A model generated the notes under the pieces. That model saw only the letters and a program-made list of their open reading frames with translations. It did no database searches and was not told the origin of the DNA. A stretch of DNA of 64,000 nt from Hemiscyllium ocellatum (lineage: Eukaryota), in contig NC_083427.1 in the NCBI RefSeq assembly GCF_020745735.1, positions 2,945,438-3,009,437 on the forward strand, read 5' to 3'. Below are positions 47,151 to 59,779 of this stretch, in pieces. Numbering within the stretch: position 1 is the stretch's first letter; each line of letters starts with the position of its first letter. Made by a program: the position numbers and the translations under genes.

Positions 47151-50044
47151 TTACTGAGTTCTTCATTTGATATTTTAAAAAAATCGGACTCATCTTTTAG
47201 TTTGTTGCATGTAAATACTTCCAATATTATCTTTCAATCTGAAAGTAACCTACAATGGATAGTTAAATTAATTGTTATCACTAAACCAGCGAACTTACAG
47301 TTTACCTGTGACGTCACTATTTTGTGTTGGGCCCTGGTCCTGTGGTTCAATATATCCTCATGGAAAACGTTTCAAACTATGAGCCAGAGAAAAGGAAAAA
47401 AAAAACTTCTTCCCCTGCGCACCGATGTGATCCTCTCTTTCCTGACCATGGAAAGCTTAGTGAGCCTATGCAAAGTTCAACTCCTTCATTTCCATTTTCT
47501 CATAACGGAGTTGTTCCCAATCCATCACCTTAACTTCACCAAAAACAGTGAAAACACTTTTTAAGTACACATACTGATGCATTGCTTGTAAAATTACATT
47601 GACAGAGTACAGCATCTGAGGAAACTGGCAACCAGTACCAATAGCATCACTTCTCATTTGCCATGAGCAATTCAATAACAGAATCCCATTCCAATATGAT
47701 AATTTAGAGAAATGTTTAATATAAACCTTGTTGAAACACTATGAAATATGCAGGTAAAAATACAAGTGGAGTGAGTGTTTGCTCATATTAATCAGGTTAG
47801 AAACAGTGTAAATAGCTGATGTTCTCAGAAAAACAGAATTTAGAGATAATATTTTCATCAATCATGTGCTCACTCACCTCTACTGGCTCCCAGTCAAGCA
47901 ATGCCTTGGTTTTAAAACTGTCAGCCTGGTTTTCAAATCTCTCCGGTATCATCCTTTCCTATCGTTAATCTCCACTGTTTCCACAATCCATAGAGCACTT
48001 TCAACTCCAACCTCTTGGGCACTCTGGTTTTAATTGTTTCACCACTGGTGGTCTTACCTTCGGTTGCTTAGGCACTAGAAATAGCTTCATAAACTTTTCT
48101 CTCAACCTCTTTCTTCCTTTAAGACGCTCATTTAAAAAAATGTATGCTTCAGCCAAGCTTCTAATCTGCTGCACAAACTGCACTTTATGTTTGCTTTATA
48201 CTTTATGTCTGAAGTGCCTGGGTTTATACAATTGTAAGAAAGGTGCTTCACAATATAAAGTTGCTGTTATTATCTTTCTCTTCTATAAAGTGCTTGTTGT
48301 TCTTAGAATCATTAATTTTCAGTCTGTATCCAAATGCAGCAAGATCTGGACAATGTTGGGGTACTTAGTGGCAAGTAATACTTGTGCCACACAAGTACCA
48401 TACAATAAATATCCAACAAGATACAATCCATTCAACACAATACAATCTCTAAACCCCTCAAAATCAACATCTTTGCAGTCACCATTGATAAGACACTTAA
48501 GTGGACCAGCCGCATAAATTCCATCTCCAATCGTTGGTCAGTGACTGGGCATCCTGCAATGGTTGGATTTAAACCTATGTTCCTGGAGGAATAGTTTGGT
48601 GTCTGGTTTAAGATTAGTATCACTAACACTCTGCCAACTTGTTTCACATTTTAATTGCATTTATATCTGGATTGATATTGTAAGACAATTAGACTAAATG
48701 GTTTTTTCTTTTCACTTTACATGTACTGTTCTAATTAAATCACAAAGAGGTCCGAACATCATTGAATCTAATGTGACTTTAACCATATCAAGTTCTTTGC
48801 AGAGATTATAATCATAATTAGATGAAGTTTTATTTTTGTTACACCTAATTAGCAAGTCCTACCTAATGTTTGTCCAATTATGAATTATATATGGAATTTA
48901 ATACAGCTTAAAGAAAATTGTTCCAGGGATCATTTATATAAAAATAACATCATGAGATTTACTGAAAGTTTTGGTAAACGGTGAGTAATGATAAATGGAT
49001 TCCACTTATCCTTGTGATTGCATAAAGTATCTTGGGTGTGTATGTGTAACTCGTACCAATAGCATCAAACTCAATATTATCCATATTTCTTGGAACTATT
49101 TTTTAAAAATAAAGAGCAGCATGATGTCCATCTGTTGACAAGATACAACTTTACAATGTGAAGGATCATGGGTATTCAGTTCTTCCACACGAATGACTGA
49201 CCTGATACTGGTATGGCCAAGCATTGAAATCATAGTACACATGGTGAGCTGTTAGGGAGCAGTTACAAGCTTAACAGTGAGACAGAGGCAAACATATTGC
49301 ACATTCATCCTGCAATGTGTAATGGATGAAACGCTACTTAAGAAAACATGCCTAATAAAAGCAAAATACTCAAGACATCTGGCAGTATTTGTGCAGAGAG
49401 AAGCAAGAGTTAACATAACGTGACTTCAGAACTCTTCTTCAGAAAACATGCTAATATTGCAATGAACACCATTCATTCGTCACTCTTAAAATGCTGAGGG
49501 TTTTCAACTTTGAAATGGAAACAATCTGACGTTGCCCCGAAGAAATGATTGGCAACATGTTCATGGAGTCTTTATCTGTGGCTTTCTCCGTGAATTTTAT
49601 ACCAATATAAATAAAACAAAATGAGACTGTTAGGCATTGCTTCAAATTGTTACATATTCATTACCAACTTGATAAAGACTGTTTAAGGAACCCTTATTGC
49701 TCAATAGCATTGTCTCCAAAAGCATTAACAGTTGGCTATAGCAATATTATCACATAACGTCTGGTCATTCCAATTTGTCAGGATGAATTTCTAGTGAAAT
49801 CAAAGTGAGGTTGCTCCTATGAGGTAAATTTGTATCAAACAAGACTTTATGTCACAAATAACATTTGCAACCTCAATAACTTCTCATTAAAAGAAAAATC
49901 ACTTGCATCAGAATCAACATGTAACAAAAAGCAGTGACGTCCTATGTCTCCTGACTCCAGTGCAGCTTCAGACATTTGTATTGCATCAAAACATTATTCG
50001 TACTTAAAATTCATCCACTGAGCTGTCAGCTAACAGCATCACCC

Positions 50045-51662
50045 GGTCCTGCATGCTTGTGAAATCTTTAGGCTTTGCTGATGATGTCCAAGAATTCCTG
50101 TACAGATTGTATAGAGTCTGTGGATCCACTGATCAGGTGTTTCAGTTTCTGCTGTAGTTCTTTAGCCCGTTTGTGTGATGGTGTCCCTGGTAGTGATACT
50201 ATGGGTCTAAGTGGGTTGTCTAGTTTCTGCACTTCAGGTAGTCCGTAGAATCTGGGGGTGTCGTTGCTTTTCGGTTTCATTCTTTGTAGGTCAAACCTGG
50301 TTATCTGTCTATTTTTTTGTAGGTTCCTCAGTGTGTTGTTAATCCTATTGGTGAGCTGTGGGGTGGGGTCGAACTCCCTCTTTTGGTAGGTGTTGGTATC
50401 TGCAAGTAGTTGTTGCGCTTTTTGGATGTAGTTCTGCTTTGTCCAATGACCGTCATTCTGCCTTTGTCTGCTGGTAGTATGATTATGTTCTTATCATTTC
50501 TTAGTGATTTTAGTGCTTCCCTCTCCTTGGTGTTGAGGTTATGTGTTTGTCTTTTCCTTGTTATCAGAGGTACGATACTTTGTCTCACTGTTTGTTGTGT
50601 CTGTTCTGAAAGTCCATTGTTCCTGAGTGTGCATTCTAGTGCTGCTTGGACGTTTGCTGTCTTGGCGTCCCTGTGGTTGTAGTTGAGTCCCTTGGCCAGT
50701 ATTGTTCTTTCCATGTCTGTGAGCTGTCTGTGGGAGAGGTTTCTAACCCAGATGTGTGTTGTGGTGTCCTCTCTGTTGTGTGTTAGTTTGGCCATTTTTT
50801 CTTTTAGTGCCATTTTTTTTGCGGTGTGTGGTCCTGTTCTGTCCTCTGGTGATGGCCTGTTCTATGAACGCAAAAGAAGTTGCATCAAGACACTATTCAA
50901 AATGGCCGCAACACGCTACAGTACACCAGAACTGCAAAAAGAGGAAGAAGAACACCTATACAATGTATTCGCCAAAAACAGATACCCCCGCAATTTCATC
51001 AACAGATGCCTAAGGGAAAGACAACGGAACGAGGACATGCCGCAACACAAAGGACTAGCCACACTACCATACATCAAGAGCATTTCCGAACTGACAGCCA
51101 GACTGCTGCGACCACTGGGATTGACAACAGCACAGAAACCAACAGCCACTCTCAGATAACAGCTCACCAGAATGAAGGACCCAATACCCAGCATGAGCAA
51201 AACCAATGTAGTGTACAAAATCCCATGCAAGGACTGCACAAAACACTACATAGGACAAACAGGAAGACAGCTAATGATCCGCATCCATGAACACCAACTA
51301 GCCACGAAACGACACGACCAGCTATCCTTAGTAGCCACACACGCAGATGACAAGCAACATGAATTCGACTGGAACAACACTACTATTATAGGACAAGCCA
51401 AACCGAGAACAGCCAGGGAATTTCTAGAGGCATGGCACTCATCCACAGATTCAATCACTAAGCACGTCGACCTGGACCCAATATACCGACCACTGCAGTG
51501 GACAGCTGGAACTGACAACCTGAAGCGGCAGATTCAAATCACTACAAGTGCCAGAGGAAAGATCGCAGAAGCGCTTCACAGGAAGCTCCCAAGCACTGAG
51601 GATGTTACTGAGACAGGGGACGAAACATCTGCAACACAAATTCTCAGTTCGGCAAACAGAAC
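50045..51662. mobile_element. Penelope-like element with back-to-back halves: RT N-terminal part on - (50045-~50870), C-terminal/GIY-YIG part on + (~50872-51662)
   Basis: Minus strand: LAKGLNYN...IIILPADKG, TPRFYGLP...PLRPIVS. Plus strand: VVYKIPCKDCTKHYIGQTGRQLMIRIHEH, with a hammerhead at 51593-51632. Confidence 0.9.
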
Positions 51663-51667
51663 CATGA

Positions 51668-52570
51668 TAAGCCTTTCATCTGTTAGAATACCGTGATAGT
51701 TTCACTTCTTTCATGTGTAAATCACAAAACCTTTTTAAAAAAATGTTGCATTCTCGGGTTAGCTATTAACAATGGTGATAGCTAGATAATATGTTGAAGG
51801 TGTTAGCCCTCCTGTGTTTTCTGTCTATGCCATGATGTTTAGATTGATTCTAATCTAAAAAGTGAGATAACGGAGTTTTACATGAATTCATGCAGCACTC
51901 CTATACACATATACACATGGACACACATATACACAGACGTGCACACAGACGTGCACACACACACACACACCCTCACAGACTTAAGACACTGCACTCACTA
52001 CACACACACATACATTTTCTTACACTCACAACGCCCAACCCAACAGACACACACACGCCCAGACAAAGACCCACATGCACACACACATTTTATGGGGTGA
52101 ATTTGTACTTGCAGGGTTACATTTTACTTTGCTCAAGAACTGCATGAATTCATGTAAAACTCTATTATCTCACTTTTTAGGTTAGAATCAATCTAAGCAT
52201 CATGGCATAGACAGAAAACACAGGGGGGCTAACACCTTCAACATATTGTCTAGCTATCACCATTATTAACAGGTAACGTGAGAATGCAACTTTTTAAAAG
52301 AAGGTTTTGTGATTTACACATGAAAGAAGTGAAAATATCATGGTATTCTAACAGATGAAAGGCTTAACAGATGATCGTATAATTTTAGTTCCATCACATT
52401 GTAAATTTTTACTATAAATTCTGTGCTTAGGATTGAGTCCTCCACTACCACCTGATGAAGGAGCAGCACTCCAAAAGCTAGTGTGCTTCCAATTAAACCT
52501 GTTGGACTATAACCTGGTGCTGTGTGATTTTTAACTTTGTACACCCCAGTCCAACACTGCCATCTCGAAA
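51668..52570. mobile_element. Penelope-type terminal region with ~225-bp inverted arms (51668-51895 / 52140-52365), a CA-rich spacer and a mutated hammerhead at 52449-52483
   Basis: Arms are reverse complements. The 3' end matches the family at 10835-10997, with GAAA changed to AAAA in the core. Confidence 0.8.
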
Positions 52571-52764
52571 TCATGCCATTTTTGTGAGGGGTGATTTGCT
52601 GAAGAGCACATGTGCCGGTGCCATCTTTGTAGGGCCAGTTAACAGCTGGGTGGACCTGGAAGGCAATGAAAGAAATCCCAGAAAATCCTGCCCCTGCAGA
52701 CTGTTCTCTGTAGTTCTAGGAATTTATTATTTCCTTATTCTTTTTATAAGATATGGACATGGCT

Positions 52765-54740
52765 GGCAAGGTAATAGAATCGTAGAGATATTCAGCACAG
52801 AAACAGACCCTTCAGTTCAACCCGTCCATGTTGACCAAATATCCTTTAATCTTGTCCCATGTGCCAACATTTGGCCCATCCTTCTAAACCGTTCCTATTC
52901 ATACACCTGTTGAGATGTTTTTTACATATTGTAATTGTACTAGTCTCCACTACTTCCCCTGGCAGCTCATTACATACACGCATCATTTTCTGCATGAAAA
53001 AAATTCCCCTTAGGTCCCTTTTAAATCTTTGTCCTCTTGCCTTAAACCTATACCCTCTAGTTTTAGATTCCCCCACTCCGGGTAAAAGACCTTGACTGTT
53101 TACCTTATGCATGTCCATCATCGTTTCACAAACCTCTCCTGCAGCTTCTGATGCTCCAGAGAAAACAGCCCCAGTCTACCCAGCCTCTCCCAGTAGCTCA
53201 AACTCCAATCCTGGCAACATCTTTGTTGATCTGTTTTGAACCCTTTCAAATTTCACAACCAACTTTGATTGTCCATCACTTATTGCCCTGGTGGGGGGTG
53301 GGGGCCTACACAATCCCAATAAGGTAATCATCCCTTTCCTATTTCTCAGTTCCACCCAAATAACTCCCCTGCATGCATTTCAGGGAATATCCTTCCTCAT
53401 TACAGCTGTAATGCTATCCCTTATCAAATACGACATTCCCCCTCCTCTCTCGTCTCCCTTTCTGTCCTTCCTGTAGCATTTGTATCCTGGAATATTAAGC
53501 TGCCAGTCTGTCCATTCCTGAGCCATGTTTCTGTAATTGCTATGATATCCCAGTCCCATGTTCCTAACCATGCCCTGAGTTCATCTGACTGTCCTGTTGG
53601 GCCCCTTGCATTGAAATAAATTTAATTTATCAATCCTACCTTTGTTCCCTGTTTTGTCCCTGCTTGCCCTGACTGTTTGGTCGCTTCTTTTCTCAACCCT
53701 ACCAGTCTCAAATTGATCTCTTTCCTCACTATCTCCCTGCGTCCTACCCCTATGCCTTACGAGTTTAAATTCTCCCAAGCAGCTCTAGCAAATCTCCTTT
53801 GTCAGTGTATTAGTCCCCTTCCAATTTAGGTGCAATCCACCCTTCTGTACAGGTCACTTCTACCCCAAAAGAGATTCTAATGATCCAAAAATGTGAATCC
53901 TTCTCCCACACATCAGCTCTTTAACCATGCATTCATCTGCTTGATCCTCCTATTTCTACCCTCACTAGCTTGTAGCACCGGGAGTAATCCAGGTATTACT
54001 ACTCTCGAGGAACTCCATTTTAAATTCCTGTCTAACTCTCTGTATTCTCCCTTCGTAATCTTTCACCTTCCTATATCCCTGGTTGCAACGTGTACAATGA
54101 CCTCCTGCTGGGCTGTCTTTCCCCTGTAAGAACATTTAGCACCCCCTCTGAGACCTCCTTGCTCCTGGCACCAGGGAAGCAACACACCATTCTGATTTTT
54201 CGCTGCTTGCCACAGTAAAATGTGTCTGTACCTCGGACTAGAGAGTCCCTTAACACAGTTCATCTCTTGGAACCTGACGAACCCCTCGTTGCATTACAGC
54301 CAGTCTCAATACGAGAAACTTGACTGTTCGTGCTATAATCCCCTGAGAATCCATCAACCCCAACGTTTTCCAAAATAGCATACCTGTTTGAAATGGGGAT
54401 ACACAGAGAAGATTCCTACACTACCTGCCTACCTCTCTTATCTTTCCTGGAGTTAACCCATCTATGTAATTGTATCTGCGACTTTTCTCTCTTCATATAA
54501 CTGCCATCCATCATATCGCTTGCTCTCATAAGTTCCTCATTGCCTGTAAGTGTCACTCCAGCCGTTCCATTCAATTGATAGGATTCATAACCAATGGCAT
54601 TTATTGCAGATATAATCCTCAGTAACGTGTAAATTCTCCCTCAGCTCCCACATCTGACAAGAAGAGCATGTCACTCTACTAAAGGCCATTTTTGCTTTGA
54701 ATAAAGGTAAAAGAAAATTGTGAAATCTGAAACACGCATA
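52765..54740 (-). mobile_element. CR1 LINE pieces: 3' end (52765-53260) and 5' half with endonuclease and ORF1 esterase-like motifs (53290-54740)
   Basis: SKTRGYRFKARG; WQLNIPGYKCYRKDR; MVCCFPGAR..., VIVHVATRDIGR; CSSCQMWE...YICNKC. Confidence 0.8.
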
Positions 54741-55129
54741 GAGAATGCAGATCAGACTCAGCAGGTCTGGCAGCATCTGTCGAAAAAAGTAGTTAAATGT
54801 ATTGAGTCCAGTGTGATTTCCTCAAAACTCCCCTTTGAATGCCTTGATTGATGTATCAGGATTGAAGCAGCCCACTTGGTGCTCAATTGGATAGAGTTCT
54901 GCTTCTTTATTGTTGATGGAGCTGCACTCATCTCGCCAAATGGAAATTATTGCATTGCACTTTTGACTTGTGCCTTGTAGATTGTGGACGGGGTTAGGGA
55001 ATAGGCTCAATCTCTAACTTTCTTGTGTAGCCACACTATTGACATAGCAGGTTCAGCTCAGTTTCTGTTCAGTGTTAACCCTGGGATGTTGCTTGGAGGT
55101 GGTGGAGGGGTTCAATTATGGCAGTGCTA

Positions 55130-55990
55130 TTATCTGTCAACAGCAGATTGTTGAATTGTGGACACTTTGGAGAGGGTGCGGAGAAGGTCTGAGGATGTTG
55201 CCTGGTATGGAAAGTGCTAGCTATGAAGAGAGGACGAATAGGTTAGGATTGTTTTTGTTAGAAAAAAGGAGATTGGGGGGGAGGGGTGGGGGGAACCTGA
55301 CTGAGTATAGATAGAGTGGATAGAGATAAGTTTTTTCCCAGACTGAAGGATTCATTAACAAGAGGTCACATATTCAAGGTGAGAGGAGGAAAGCTAAGGG
55401 GAATACACACGGAAAGTACTTCACACAGAGGATGGGAGGTTCCTGGAACGTGTTGCCAGCAGAGGTAGGAGAGGCAGGTACAGTAGATTTATTTAAGTTG
55501 CGTCTGGACAAATATACAAGTAGGTGGGGAGTGGAGGGATACAGATCCTTAGGAATTGGGCAATAGGTTTAGATAGTCAATTTGGATCAGCACAGGTTTG
55601 GCGGGCTGAAGAGCCTGTCCTGGGCTGTAAATTTTCTTCTTTGGTCTTTGTCATTTGTTGGAACTGGCCATTACGTGGCACTTGAGTGGCTTGAGTGTCA
55701 CTTGCCAGTTAGCATCCTGAGACCATAAAATATCGGAGCAGAGTTAGGCCATTCAGCTCACTGAGTTTTCTCTGCCATTTGATCACGGTCGATGTTTCTT
55801 AACCTCATTCCCCTGCTTTCTCCCCTTCCTATTCAAGAATCTTAAATACACTCAAGGACCTGGCCTTCTGAGGCATTGAGTTCCACAGATTCATCACTGT
55901 CTGGCTGAAGAAATTCCTCCTTATCTCCTTTCTAAAGTGTCATCTCTTCACTCCAAGGCTGTGCACTCAGGTTCTAATCTCTCTTACTAC
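55130..55990. mobile_element. CR1 3' fragments (+ at 55130-55640; - at 55720-55990)
   Basis: MLPGMESASYEERTNRLGLFLLEKRRL (ORF 55072-55314). An opposite-strand tail starts at gaccataaaatatcggagcag. Confidence 0.7.
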
Positions 55991-56437
55991 TGGAAACATC
56001 TTCTCCACGTTCACTCTCACTATTCTTGCATCTTGTCTAGGTCTTGCCACAAATGAACCCTGGCTTCTTAAATATCTGAGGAGTTACAATCGACACCGAG
56101 AATTGCGCAGTCACCAACGAACATCCCAACGTTGACCTTATGATGGAATGGAAGTCATTGCTGATGGTTTGGGCCTTGGAGGGTTTCCAGGAGTGATGAA
56201 CTAGGGTTTAGATGTCTCCAACAACTCCAACCATACTTCTTTGTGGTAGGGTTGGCTGCAATCAGAGGAGAGTTTTCTTCCTGATTCCCATTGACCTCAA
56301 TTGTGTTTTTGATGCCATATTTGGCCTTTACCTCAAGGGCATTCATTTCATTTCTGGAGTTCAGCTCGATTTTTTTCACTTTTACATGATGGCTACTGAA
56401 TTCAAAACTTGGGTTGCCTGGCAAAACACTTGAAATT

Positions 56438-56450
56438 TGTGTGTGTGTGT

Positions 56451-56481
<31 letters not shown>

Positions 56482-56502
56482 GGAGGGGGGGTGGGAGGGG
56501 GG
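56438..56502. repeat. (GT)n microsatellite fused to a G-run
   Basis: About 13 GT units followed by ~19 G and further G-tracts. Confidence 0.95.
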
Positions 56503-57204
56503 AGCGCAATGGGAGATAATGTTGCTGGTCTAGTAATCTGCAACATCAGGCTAATATTCATGGGTTCAAACTGCACTATGGAAGATGATAAAATCTGAAT
56601 TCAGTGCACATCTGGAGTAATGCTCATCCAATAGCCAAATTGTGCCTGTGTAACCAATGTCAATTGTCATAAAACCTCATCTGGGAATTCTGGGAAGGAA
56701 ATCTGCCATCCTTAACTAGTGTGGCCGAGAAATGACACCAAAAACTAATGATGGGATTTGGATGGTGTGGTTAGAAAGCAACTGTTCCCGTTAGTTGAAG
56801 GGTCAATAACAAGGAGACATAATTTGAAGGTGAAAGACAGGAGTTTTGGGGGGATTTTAGGGGGAAAAACGAGGGTAGTGGCAATCTGGAACTCATTACT
56901 GTCTTACCCCTCTCTCTTCCCACAGAAGCCTGGTTCTTGTGTGGACTCAGATCTATTGACAGGGTTGCCTTCACGATGGACATTTGTGAACTAGCTGGCT
57001 TTTTACGACAATCGAGCATCTTCCGTGGTCTAGGGTTGGTGCAACAATTTACCAGATTGATCCAGCTCAGTTTTACAACCCATCTTTGATGTTTTTTTCT
57101 TGAATGTCTTTCATTCCTGTTTCTTTGCTTTATACTGATTTCACAGGGTATGAGAAGGAGTGGATTTGCAGTCATGAAACACACCAACGTCCCGTCAGGA
57201 TTGG

Positions 57205-59235
57205 ATGGAGCAGCTCAATTCATTGCAACCTGAACATCATCGGATTTTGAACATGGAAGGAATCAGTACCGTTCAGAGTGGGGAGAAACCGTGCACGTGT
57301 CTTGAATGTGGACAAGGTTTCAGCCAGTCATCTGAGCTGACAGAACATAAGTGCAGTCACAGTAGGCAGAAACCATGGAAATGTGGGGACTGTGGGAAGG
57401 GATATAGTTGTCCATCAAAGCTGGAAATTCATCGACGCAGTCACACTGGGGAGAGGCCTTTCACCTGCTCCAAGTGCGGGAAGGGATTCACCACCTCATC
57501 GCACTTGCTGACGCACCAGCGGATTCACACTGGGGAAAGGCCGTTCACCTGCTCGGAGTGTGGAAAGGGATTCAGTCAGTCATCCCACCTACTGTCGCAT
57601 CGACGCACACACACTAAGGAAAGGCCGTTCACCTGCTCTGAGAATGGGAAGAGCTTCACTCAGTCGTCCCAACGACTGAGGCACCGTGGAATTGACACCA
57701 GGGAGAGGCTGTTCACCTGCTCGAGTTGTGGGAAGAAATTCACTCGCTTGCACAATTTGTTGACACATCAGCGAATTCACACTGGGGAGAGGCCTTTCAT
57801 CTGCTCCACGTGTGGGAAAGGGTTTACTCAGTCATCCAACTTGTCGAGACACCAGCAACTTCACACAGATGATAGATCTTTTAAATGCATGGACTGTGGG
57901 AAGTGCTGTAAAAGTTCCGGGGAACTAAAGTCCCATCAACGAGCTCACACAGATAAGGCACTGTTGAAGTGCTCTTACTGTGGGGCTGGATTCAGGGGAT
58001 CATCTCAGCTCACTTTACACCAGCGAGTTCACACTGGGGAGAAGCCTTTCTCCTGCTCTGATTGTGGGAAGGAATTCAGTCGGTCATCCTACCTGTTGAC
58101 ACACCAGCGGATGCACACTGGTGAGAGGCTGTTCACCTGCTCGGACTGTGGGAAAAGGTTTCCTCGGTCATCCCAGTTAATGGCCCATCAGCGGGTTCAC
58201 ACCAGGGAGAGACCATTCATCTGCTCCATGTGTGGGAAGGGATTCACTTGTTCATCCTATCTGCTTGCACACCAGCAGGTTCACACCAGGGAGACACTCA
58301 CCTGCTCCAAGTGTGGGAAGGGGTTTGCTCGCTTATCCAACCTGCGGGCCCACCAACGGGTTCACACTAGAGAGAGGCTGTTCTCCTGCTCCGAGTGTGG
58401 GAAGGAATTCATTCGGCCATCCTACCTGCGTGCACACCAGCGTACTCACACTAGAGAGAGGCCGTTCTCCTGCTCCCAGTGTGGGAAGGAATTCATTCAG
58501 TCATCCCACCTGCGCGCACACCAGCGTACTCACACTGGAGAGAGACCATTCACATGTTGCAAGTGCGGGAAGGGATTTATTCGCTTTTCCGACCTGGTGA
58601 GACACCAGCGGATCCACACTGACGAGAGACCTTTCAAGTGTTCTGAATGTGGGCAGTGCTATAAAACTTCTAGGACACTGATGACCCATCAATCTGTTCA
58701 CACTGACAAGAGACCCTATAGCTGCTGTCAGTGTGGGAAGGGGTTCAGAAGATCATCTCAACTCATTGTTCACAAGCGAATTCACACTGGGGAGAAGTTG
58801 TTCTCCTGCTCTGAGTGTGGGAAGAAATTTATTCGGTCTTCCCAACTGGTGATACACCAGCGAGTTCATACTGGGGAGAGGCCCTTCACCTGCTTGGAGT
58901 GTGGGAAGGGATTCACTTGCTCATCCAATCTGCTAATTCATCAAAGAATTCACACTGGCGAGAGACCGTTCACCTGCCCCAAGTGTGGGAAGGGGTTTGG
59001 TCACTCATCCAGCCTGGTGAAACACCAGCGAGTGCACACTGACGAGAGGCCTTTTGAATGTTCAGATTGCAGGAAGTGCTTTAAGAGTTGCAGGGAACTG
59101 ATGTCCCATCAGCGTGTTCACTCAGATGAGAGACCGTACAGGTGCTCTCACTGCAAGGTTGGATTCAAACGGTTATCTAACCTCGCTGTACACCAGCGAG
59201 TTCACACTGAGGAGAGCCAGTCCCAGCCTCAGTGA
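57205..59235 (+). CDS. Multi-C2H2 zinc-finger protein, gene 3 (676 aa; 23 finger units, 22 intact; no KRAB/SCAN/BTB seen in this exon)
   Basis: Uninterrupted ORF of 28-aa repeats with TGERPF-type linkers. Acceptor tttcacag| at 57146/57147 and AATAAA at ~59833. Confidence 0.92.
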   Translation: MEQLNSLQPEHHRILNMEGISTVQSGEKPCTCLECGQGFSQSSELTEHKCSHSRQKPWKCGDCGKGYSCPSKLEIHRRSHTGERPFTCSKCGKGFTTSSHLLTHQRIHTGERPFTCSECGKGFSQSSHLLSHRRTHTKERPFTCSENGKSFTQSSQRLRHRGIDTRERLFTCSSCGKKFTRLHNLLTHQRIHTGERPFICSTCGKGFTQSSNLSRHQQLHTDDRSFKCMDCGKCCKSSGELKSHQRAHTDKALLKCSYCGAGFRGSSQLTLHQRVHTGEKPFSCSDCGKEFSRSSYLLTHQRMHTGERLFTCSDCGKRFPRSSQLMAHQRVHTRERPFICSMCGKGFTCSSYLLAHQQVHTRETLTCSKCGKGFARLSNLRAHQRVHTRERLFSCSECGKEFIRPSYLRAHQRTHTRERPFSCSQCGKEFIQSSHLRAHQRTHTGERPFTCCKCGKGFIRFSDLVRHQRIHTDERPFKCSECGQCYKTSRTLMTHQSVHTDKRPYSCCQCGKGFRRSSQLIVHKRIHTGEKLFSCSECGKKFIRSSQLVIHQRVHTGERPFTCLECGKGFTCSSNLLIHQRIHTGERPFTCPKCGKGFGHSSSLVKHQRVHTDERPFECSDCRKCFKSCRELMSHQRVHSDERPYRCSHCKVGFKRLSNLAVHQRVHTEESQSQPQ

Positions 59236-59779
59236 GTCGAAAGAGATTCAATCAGGCATGCACCCTCCTGAGCCACTAGTGAGTGCACACCGGGGTTGTG
59301 CTGCACCCCTGCTCTGTGTGGGAAAGACCGTTTCTCACTCATCAACTTTACTTTGACATTAGCAAGTCCAGGACAATTTTGTTGTGGAGTCATGATCAGG
59401 ACGGAATTACTTCCATTGTGGTCCTGAATTGCAGTGCTGTGTTTGGAGTCAGTATTGTGGATAAAAGTAAAAAAAGACAGCTTGGTGTGCTATATACCCA
59501 TTGCTGACTTTTTTTGTCAATTTCTTGGCACAAGCTACTTCCCTTTGGAAGGGCTGTCCCTTACTCCTGCCTTCCCCATCCCCATTTCCAGCAAGAGGTT
59601 TGATACGTTCTTGGTCGTCTTTGTTGCTAAAATTCAGGTTTTTCGATCATCTGTGGCATAGGTTGCTCTCACCAAGCTTAGAAAGTGCATCTTTCTCTTG
59701 CCTCAAGCCTCGTTCGTTCTTATCACTAAATTGCTGACCACTAAGCTTGCCCCGTTTGCTGATAGTTGTTTAGGATCAA

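Noticed and set aside
47200-50040. Hidden gene in the AT-rich stretch (ORFs 47202-47564 and 48140-48517)
   Set aside because: Low-complexity hydrophobic translations without domains or convincing splice structure.
31065-51662. An autonomous, intact Penelope element
   Set aside because: Both copies lack the RT catalytic core and contain stops or frameshifts.
51882-52147. His/Thr-rich ORFs
   Set aside because: Translation of a CA-rich microsatellite-like spacer.
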